Assembly: GCF_003704095.1 (NCBI RefSeq)
Contig: NW_020845647.1
Span: forward strand, 434,001-498,000
DNA: 64,000 nt
Origin: Pocillopora damicornis
Taxonomy: Eukaryota
Reading direction: 5' to 3'
Shown here: positions 51,241 through 60,910 of the stretch, in pieces
Position numbering within the stretch: the first letter of the stretch is position 1
Layout of the letters: the number at the start of each line of letters is the position of its first letter
The notes under the pieces: generated by a model
What the model was told of the DNA's origin: nothing
What the model saw: only the letters and a program-made list of their open reading frames with translations
Database searches by the model: none
Program-made: the position numbers and the translations under genes

Positions 51241-54069
51241 GTAAATTAAACCACTTAAGATATTTCTTTTCTGGCACCTACCACGTTTTCTTCTTCTTGA
51301 AAATAATTATTTTATCACACATAACACTTTATCATCTTCATCTGACTTACGGCAGGCTCACTCGATCAAACATTTAAGCGAAATAACTGATAACGTATGG
51401 TCACAATTTAACCCTGATCATTAATAGACAAATATCTCCGACAGTCAGGCAGCTAACTTTCACCGTTTAGATTGTCCAAGGCATTACAAATTAACAAAAA
51501 TCCCAGGCCAATTTTTTTTCAGTACTCAAGAGACCTACATGAGGCAAATGTTTATGATCGTCACTTATTTTCTCTGAGTCACATCTGTGATAGACAAATA
51601 ATTTTCATTTCACATATTTGCCATTGTTTTATGTATTTTTAAAAAAATTCTAATTTTCCGCTTAGTGCTTTTTCACAAATTAAATGTTTAATCCTTTTTA
51701 AGTTACATCAGTAAGCTAATATATGTTAACCAACAGACTGCCAATATTAGCCAATCACATCGCCATGTGCTCTTTTCAATTGAGACATAAAGTTAAAATT
51801 CCATAGTCATAAAGCGAGCGAAATGCTTCGAGCCATCCATTTCTGACTTCGCTTTCAGAGATAAAAGAAAGAATTCTCATTTTTTTAGTTTTGTCTTTTA
51901 TCAAAGAACGAAGAAATTAGAGCCACGACAAATTGACGTTTCAAACATCTCCCCTGTATTGTTTCATTAAATAAGTAAATTTGATTACTATTTCCTTCCA
52001 TACGTGTCGGTCAGTTTGGCTGACTGAAAATTATACAATTTGCCCCTAACGAGATAAACCATCTGGAAAACTCGCTGGTCGTTGAGACCACGGTAACATT
52101 CATTAACTTGCTCTGTTTCCAGTGAACGGATAAATTACTGAAACTAGCTTTCACTGATGTCAAAATTTAATTGTCACAAAGAAGTGTTAAAAAAGATTGC
52201 TTGATATGGTAATGAAAGTCATACATACGTAAACCGCCGCCTTCTTCGTGTGCAGGAAATGCATCATGCTCTAAGCAATAACTCAGTATTGAACATCGGT
52301 GACGGAAAGCGGAAAGTCACAAGATATCTAACCATTCAACCAAATTTTGGCTATTAAAGCAATACTCAATTAGCTGATTGATAAGTTGTTGATGAATTTT
52401 ACATGCCTCCGTCTTATTCTTCTGCTGACAGCTAGGCAGTTTTGCTTACTCTCCAAGAGGAAACTGGGCACGAGCTTGCGTTACCAAGATTTCTTAACCA
52501 GAACTATATTAGGAAGTGTATTTGTATGGGAAGGGTTCCATCGAAAAATAGCAAGAAAACAAAATCGTAATTAACCCTGTCGGTTTTTTTACTTTCTTTA
52601 AGAAAATCTTGGCCGCTACCGTTATTTGCATTTTTGGAAATGGAAAAGAGGTCGATTTAAGGGCGAATAATTTCAAAAATTGAAAGAGCGTCTCAGAGGT
52701 TGTAGCATCGTATGAAATTCGGTGCTTCATGGGATAAAACTCACTGAGATATTCACCATTGCATACGGCCAATTTCGTGGCTGGCAAAAGCGCTAGTGAG
52801 CCCTTACATTCTTTGTAAAATTTTTGATTTTTAATATCGTGTGTTTCCGAGAATTTTACCACTATCGGGCTAAATCTTTGAGAGAAAGATAGGGTACGAC
52901 CTATATTTCGATAACTCAGCACCAAAATGTTTTCAGTTTCCTGTAACCAATAATTAGTTCGTCAGTTTTTCGATTCGAACAACATCAGCCTCAGGCGTCA
53001 AAAGTCATTAAAGTCTCTGCATTTGTCTTGAACGAAGTTGTTGTCGACAAATCATGATATTTCAGCAATAAAAAATATTTGAAAGCTGAAAAATACGCCC
53101 GGAAAAACCATCGGCATCGTCTTTAAAAGAAAAGTGTTAATTCGCAAAAAAAATTAGCTCATTTTTCTGGTGTAACAGATGTTTTTTAAGATTTGTTTAT
53201 TCAAATAAAATGTTCGTTTTGTATCTAAATTGATCAAATTCATATCTCAATTTGTGATAAGTTGAAAACTGAAAAGTTTTGAATTAAATAATGTCACTAG
53301 TGATGTCTAAGCGATGCGTGGGGGACATTTATCACAACCTTGAGAGCAGAAAACGTAAGCAATATTACAATATGTTAACAGTAATTGACGAAAACACGTT
53401 GACTTAATTAATATTTAGACGTATTGAAAATTTAGAGTTACATCTGAAGAATTTCTCTTCAAAGAAAATGTGGCAGAGATTTATTAAGGAAGTCATACAT
53501 ACTTTTCACATATTGGAAATCTGTTTTGAAAAGTTTTCTAAGACGTTAGCTGAAATACTTCCCCATAAAATTCACACACTAGAAAGAATGCTCCCTGTCT
53601 AAAAACAGATAATTCTATTTGGTGTATTTACAAACGTTTACAATTAAATTACTGCTGATATTGTCACGATTCCTTATTCAATTAAACAAAATTATACAAA
53701 CGGCTCTGGAAATAAGTGAATTAACAGCGCATATCTACTTTACGTGGGATAATTTACAGATGGGTTGCATATTTTGTTAGTTGAATTCACTTCCTTTTTC
53801 CTTTTCTTTCTGTTGCTTAAAGAAGAAAACAGGATCATTTTATCGAGACTGGGGACAATAATAATCTCGTCAAATGTCGGTTATGTTTAATTACCGGTTT
53901 TAATGTGTTATCATTTAGCGTCACTTACTTTCGCCCGCGCGTTACTATCGGCCGGAAAAATACTAATCACCAAATATTTAAAAGCGGTATGACTAAGAGA
54001 GAACCTCAAAGTAGAATTGGATTAAGATACGACAACTCTGTTCTCACTACACCAGCTTTTCAGTCGAAA

Positions 54070-55437
54070 ATGATCTCAAAAGTGCGCGTTTTTTTCTTGC
54101 TGGTTCTAATTGCCGTATCTATGTATCCTCGAACGCTCGCATTCACAGCCGGAGCGGGCAATATCCGGGGTAAACGAGGTGCCAATAACATTCAGGTAAA
54201 ATGTTCCCAGTATTTCCCTTCAGCATGCCAACCTTCTTTATCCACTAGGTCACTTAGCCTCATCACGCTGAAGATGTATCGATGTGCAAACTTTTAATTG
54301 TTCGTGGTTTTGACACTACGCTCAGCAAAAGTGAGATTCGCACTTTTCCTATTAAAAAGTCCGAAAAACTTTCTTTTTCAATCATTATTATATTTTTAGA
54401 TTTATTTTGAATTTAATTACTGTGTGGAAAATATCTATTTTTTTTTTTCGGCTACAATGAAATTGAATTATTTCGCTGATCTCTAGCGATTCCGATGCTC
54501 AATTGCAACTTTTGAGTACAGGTTATCAAAATATTACAATCCACAGAATAGCCGGTTTTGAGTTGAATTTGATGCAGATATTCAGTGTCGGAGCAGTCCA
54601 CAGATGTACTTTAAAATAATTTCCCATGAGAATAAACATTTCTTTGTCTAATTTTGAGCATGCGGTTAAAACATCTTCTCATTCCTTTAGCGGGAAATGT
54701 CCCTTTCCCGACCCCTTAATCATAAATTGAGCATGTTATAGACTTCATGATAGATGTCGTATTTTGAAATATTTCTCGATATATCTACATGAAGTTGACA
54801 TTAAATTTAGATGCACTTATGTCTATCAGCACTGCAGGCGAATTCGATAACATCTTAAACACATTTTATCGCAATTATGAGAAACAGTACTTTCACCATT
54901 TGTATTTGTCTTTCTTCTGTTTGAAGTTGAACGAACCGACGGATAAATACTGACCGGGTACAACTGATTTAAGGTACTCGAGTCCTACAGCCAATGACAT
55001 TACGTAAGAAACTAACCTATCAGTTTTCACGATATTAAACTTACAACGCTCGACTGAGAAATTAACAGCACTTCACTTGACTCCAATCATTACTTTTAAT
55101 CAGGCTGTCGAAACGTCAGTCACTTTTATGTCGACAGTTCCTCCTGGACGAGCGGACCACTCAACCAACTACAACTCCTTGGTTAAAATGTTTATTGAAC
55201 CATTCTAATTCAAAACAATTTACCATTATTATCAACTTTTCAGTGTAGATGATAACTTCCGCTCAGAAGCTTCAAAACATTTACTAAGTATTCGCTGCGG
55301 TTCAAGTTCAATTATTTCATTTTTCACAGGCTACCTATCACCTCCGCCGAGTTTGCGCGACAGCGCAGTCCGCCTGCCAATCCTTGAGAAAAAAAGATAC
55401 AGCTTTTCACCAGATGGACCAGTCTAACGAACAGTAG
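54070..55437 (+). CDS. Secreted peptide precursor H (exons 54070-54195, 55330-55437; 77 aa; predicted FTAGAGNIR-amide)
   Basis: MISKVRVFFLLVLIAVSMYPRTLA/FTAGAGNIR-GKR-GANNIQ|ATYHLRRVCATAQSACQSLRKKDTAFHQMDQSNEQ*. Donor CAG|GTAAAA, strong acceptor TTTCATTTTTCACAG. TATTTAAA at 53975 and AATAAA at 55608. Confidence 0.88.
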
Positions 55438-58400
55438 AAAGTCACAGGAGCTTCAATTTGCCTTCTGAGCGAATTTTGTAGAAGACGGCGATAAAACCAG
55501 GATCATGAATACTCACCTTTACCGTAATTGTAGTGTTGTAGAAAGCAAGGACTCTAGATCAGTAACTAATAGATAATTTATTTCACAAACTGTAAAAAGA
55601 ATACTGAAATAAACATTATGTGCACCCGAAAGTTATTCAGTTTGTGCGAGGAATTTAAATAACAATTTTTGCAGGCAAAAATATAACTATCTGAGAATAT
55701 TCCTGTTCAGTGCTGGTTCGATTCTCATCGTCTCACAATGTTAAAAAAAATGAAATTATGACCAGGAGTATTGCTAATCCTCCCGAATTGAAAAATATAT
55801 CAAGGTAGATAACAAAATCTTCCTTTCCAAGAACACAACAGAATGACTCGGCCAGGAGAATAGAATCAACCATACAAAAAATGTTCTGAAGGAAAACTGG
55901 GACCGCGATTTTTACGCGGTGGTTGAAATACATACATGTATGGGTTCTAATCAACACAGCGGTCAAAGGTTTGCGCATGCGAAAATGTTGTAAAGATTAG
56001 GTGCCTTTAGGCTGTCGGAACAAAGTTAGCTCAGACGAGTTAAAAACCACCACATAAACCAGTAAGTTACGTTGTTTTAAAACCGTGTAAAGTTTTCGTG
56101 AAAGCTCAAAACAGAATAGCAAAACAGAACACCCGCAATTGAATAGGTTTTGTGTTCAATAAGTTTCCGTTGCTTTTCCGTGTCCCTACTTTTGTTCCCT
56201 TTCATTTATTCTAGGAACGTTTCAACTTTCTTTCGCTCGTTTCGCAAGACAGAAGTGGTCTCTTATGTTTTCCATTCAAATTCAAAGCTGAAAATTGGCG
56301 AGCAGCCGCCCAGAATTGATCCCCTCGCGCAAGCTCGATGTTTGATTGCTGTGTTGTTCTGATCACGGTTTCGGAGGCAGAGAGAAGCATTATGGGCGAA
56401 ATGCGCCCAGATTTCTAAATTTGATAGAGTCGTATTTCATCGATTGTTCGTTTTTCAAGGATCATGTCATAAACAAAATTGATTTTTTTTATTTCTTTTG
56501 TTCTTTGTTTCTTTCGCCGGTTCCTCTTACAAGTACCGACGTCTCTAGCTCAATTCATGTCAGAAACATCTCACTTGTGAAGTCAATAAAAAACAGACGA
56601 AGCGAAGCTTCATGATTAATTTTGTGGCTGATATTTCCACCACATTGTTTCAGCGACAGTTTTTAGTCAAAATAGCTATCAATACCCATTGATGGTGAAT
56701 CCAGCTTAACTCTTTAAGGTACACTTTTGTTCAATTGATTAATGCAGAAAATTTGAAGCAATTTTTTAAAGAGTTTTTCGTTTTTGAATCGTCGAAAATA
56801 TTGGCAAACTTGAGGTGACATCTTTAGGTAACATGAACGCAAAAAACTGACAACTTTAAAAACAACTTGGCACCCTTTGCAAAATGAAACCTTTGGTTAT
56901 TAAATTATTAATTTTCTTTCCGGATCTTAGTAAATTGGTTATAATGAAAAACAATTTTTTGACGCAATTATTAGGTGTAAAGCGCCATATTTATGAGAAA
57001 TATTTAAAAAACAAAGCGAAAAAAAAAACCATGGTTGTTTTATATGGCTTTCGGGTCGTAGGAGGGTAAACAGGCAGACATACATAAATCGGTATTCACT
57101 CATTATAAAAGGAATGTTTACTTCACCAGGTTAATAAATCCAGAATTGTGCATCTGTTTGCTTTCCAAGCTATAGTCACATAAAAACCAGAAAGATCCCT
57201 TAAAAAAAAAAAGCCATTGGATGTACATTTCCTTCTTCGGAACATTAGCACCTTAACGTGAGAAAATTACTGGTTCTTGAGAATGGTAATTTATCTGAAT
57301 ACGAAACACGCGATCAAAGCACAAATCTCAAGCAACAACACGGCATCTTTATTTATTGCCCAATGTCACCTCACTTACATGTTTGTTACATGTACAATTA
57401 GAATTTTGGTGGAAAAATTAAGAAAAGCTCTGTAAAATCTCTGACTTATTTGAAAATATCGCCAGTTAATGCACGCTCGCAACAACAAAAACCCCTTTCC
57501 TTTACCTTCCGACAAATTACGAAAGAAAAAACGACAAGTGTCGGCAATGCTTGTTACGATGTTTACAGTGCGGAGAAAACTCAAGTGTTTTAGGAGGGCG
57601 CCGCCCGAGATATTTGTATCTAAACATCTGCTTCTTTTAAAGTGGAAAACGTTTCGGTTTGTTTCGCCAAACAAAAATACGCCCTTGGAAACCACGAAAG
57701 AAAAGGTAAGTTGAATGGATAACAATTACATTTCAATGAAATTCAAGACAAAATGTCAGATACAGAAAATTCATTTTAATACATCAAGAACCGGCGAGCT
57801 GAATTAAGTAAATACCATAATGATAATGAAGAAAAAGATTTATCAATATCTTTAGGCGGCCGAACGTATATTACCTTAACCAGATTCAGATTGGAAAACT
57901 AGTTAAGGCTGTCAATGAAGTTGTTAACGAAGGGCGGACTAATGTTATTTTCCCGGTAACTCCAGCACAATAATTCAGGTATATCATTGTATCACATTGA
58001 AACACGCGAACTGGACAAAGTTACGAATATGAATGCCAAAGCGATAAGGAAAGTATTCACAGCTGTTTGCCGCTTTCATCTTCTACCTTGTCCGATCCGC
58101 ACAGATATTTGCAATTCCTAATGAGGCTCGGTGAAAGACGCAATTACCTTCGAATGTTTTCACTATGAAAGACAAAAACTATTACTAATCGCTTTAGTCA
58201 CATCGAGGATTAAACCACAACTCCGCTTACAGCAGAGATCAACGACGGCTAAACTGAAATAAAAGCCGAAACAGACTTGACTTGGTTGAAAGTGCGATCG
58301 CCATTTGCCTACGTTACCAAAGAAAGGTGAGGTAGGATTCGATACTTAGCTTGTTTTGCTCCTGACTTTCTCTCCAACTGTGATCGCCGAGATCCAATTT

Positions 58401-60910
58401 AACTTATTGCTTAAAAGAAACCAGCGTCCAATCCAAACCTCAGAAGCTTGAAACACTCACACGGTGGGGCGAGTTCCATAAAAATGAAAATTTGTAGTAA
58501 CGGAAAGTGCATCACGCAACTTCACAGCTAGCTTCCACAATAAGAAGGTTTGGTCGCTGTGATAAATGGCAGGTTCAATTTAAGGCAACATTATAGACGT
58601 TTTACCCAGGAGAGATTATCCTCGAATTCAATTTGAAGAATTGCAAAGGAGATAAATAAGTCTAATAACCGTCCCTAGCGCACCGAGAAAGGGAAATTGT
58701 TTTTTCGACTTTTACTGGCCCTTGCTAAATCCTTAGGGAAATGCTGACCGCCAAAAATCAAGGTTTGTCCTTTGCCCGTTGGTAAAATCTAAAAGATCAA
58801 CTGATATTCTTCAATAGCCTGTGAGCGACTTGTCCAGCGTATAAACGGTAGAAGTTATTTGTCCCAAGAACGACAGATTCACATGGGTGAGGTCAATTTT
58901 TCAGCATTGTAAACCAAATTTTTCTGCTTATCCGATGGATTTCCTCATCTAACTTCGCCACAGGCATCAGTGACCATTTCGGTTGCTTTTAAAGACCAAA
59001 CTGAGCGTAAAAAATTTAATTTACACAAAAGTCCAACTGGGAATGGTATCACACTGGTAACAGGAGTGAAAGAAATATTTCACGGCTTTGATTTGATTTG
59101 AGGTAAGACGCAGAGGAGAGTTGAATAGTAGGTCACTTTTGATCGAGAGTTTGACTCAGGTTGGGAAAGGATTTTGTAATCTAGATCGTTTAAATGAAGG
59201 AAGACTTCTATAGATATAGAAAACAAACGGCTTAGAGTTAAGTATGTTTTGTTTTGTCTTGCGGTTTTTTATATTATTTTTACCGATACTTGTGTCGTTA
59301 AACAGATCAACACTTTCTTATTTATCTTCATCACAACAACTACATCACTCTCCGGCAAAAAAAAATTCGGGTCTGGATGGGGTCTTTCTTTCAGGCGAAA
59401 CTGATAGATCTCAGTTTTATTAGAAACCGTTCGTAATGTAAACCGTTCTTTGCTTGAAAAAGATTCAATAACAAGAGGAAATCTGCATGAAAAGAAATAC
59501 GCTGACGATTATATTTGCGGACTAAATTTTCAAAACAACCAATCGATTTAAGGAAAGTGTGTAATTGCAACGAGAAACAAATCGTGTTCACCGGAAGATG
59601 TCCATCACTTTGATAAATTTTAATGAAATCAAAGGATTTGGCTGTAATGAAAAACACTTATCAAAATTTCTAACGCACCTTGATGTCTCCTGGCTGTAGG
59701 TCATAGTTTTAGTGGTTTGTGTTGCCAGTTTTTCTATACTGGAATTGAAAAAGAATGAAGTTGACGTTAAGGTACAAATGAATGTATCAGACATGGATTA
59801 AGTTGTGGGAGAAAAAATTATATTAATCGTGGAAACGCAAAAATTTTTGGCCTAAATGATTTTGCCTTCATCAAGTTTGTACAGGATAGCGCGAGAACGT
59901 CTTCAGTAAACTGTCATCTGAACGGCGCACTCCTCCAATTAAGCTCCACAAGTTATCATTCGCCATGTGCCTTGAAGAGGACTTTTTTAATTTTAATCAG
60001 AAGTCATCTCAGCCAAGCTGAAAAGCGGCTGATATGTGCATGGATTAAAAATGTGTTTGCAAAGGATTCTAACCACACACCAAATGATTTGAGCTCATTA
60101 GCTCTGTAGGGGGCACTGGTACTGAGCTGGCGTGGTTTTTCAATCAAAGTTGACACCATTCTGTGTTGCATGTAAATTTAGGCTAGAATGTTCGAAATCA
60201 GCATACAGTAAATAGCCTCACGGAAACTTGTGAGAAATTTTCATCTACTTCCATGTGACATCATTGACGAGGAAGATAACTGAGGGTAATTTTAATTTTG
60301 TTAGCATTTAAAAGGAAAGAAGTTGATAATATTTATCATCTCAAAATTTCATTTGTTGCCAAATGTACACACCTTTAAAAAGATCGCACTGAATAGACAG
60401 ATCTAAGAAATTGTTTAATTTTTGTTATTATATTACTATGGTTGCAATGCATACAATGTAATTGCTTTTTACTCTCCTCTTTCTAATTACCAAACATGAT
60501 AATTGTTGGTTAGAATTAATAATGAACAGACGTATTCAGATATTCCATGAATTTCTCGGCCAGCAAATATTCACTTATTTGAGACTCAAAATTAACTGAT
60601 TTCCACTGCGATAGGTTAGTCTTTCTACAGACTTGTTTACAAAGTGTGTCTTTGTGGTATTATGGAACATTCAGAGCCTCTGGAGAAGGATAAAACTGAG
60701 AATCAAACGCATGCTGTTCAGCTATTTACCGTCAGAAAGCTCGTGTTGTTTCGTTGTGATTAATATTGCATTCTATTCAATTCCCGAAAAAAAATTGCAG
60801 AAAGGCTCTCTAAGATAACTAAAACAACTTCAAACAACGTAATCGTAAATTTTCTTTTAATTGCAGGAAAATTTATAGAATCTGGAAGACTTGTACAAGG
60901 TTTAGAAGCA

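Noticed and set aside
53905-54297. 130-aa ORF in the track
   Set aside because: The real start is ATG 54070. The upstream part is promoter/UTR and the part after 54195 is intron read-through.
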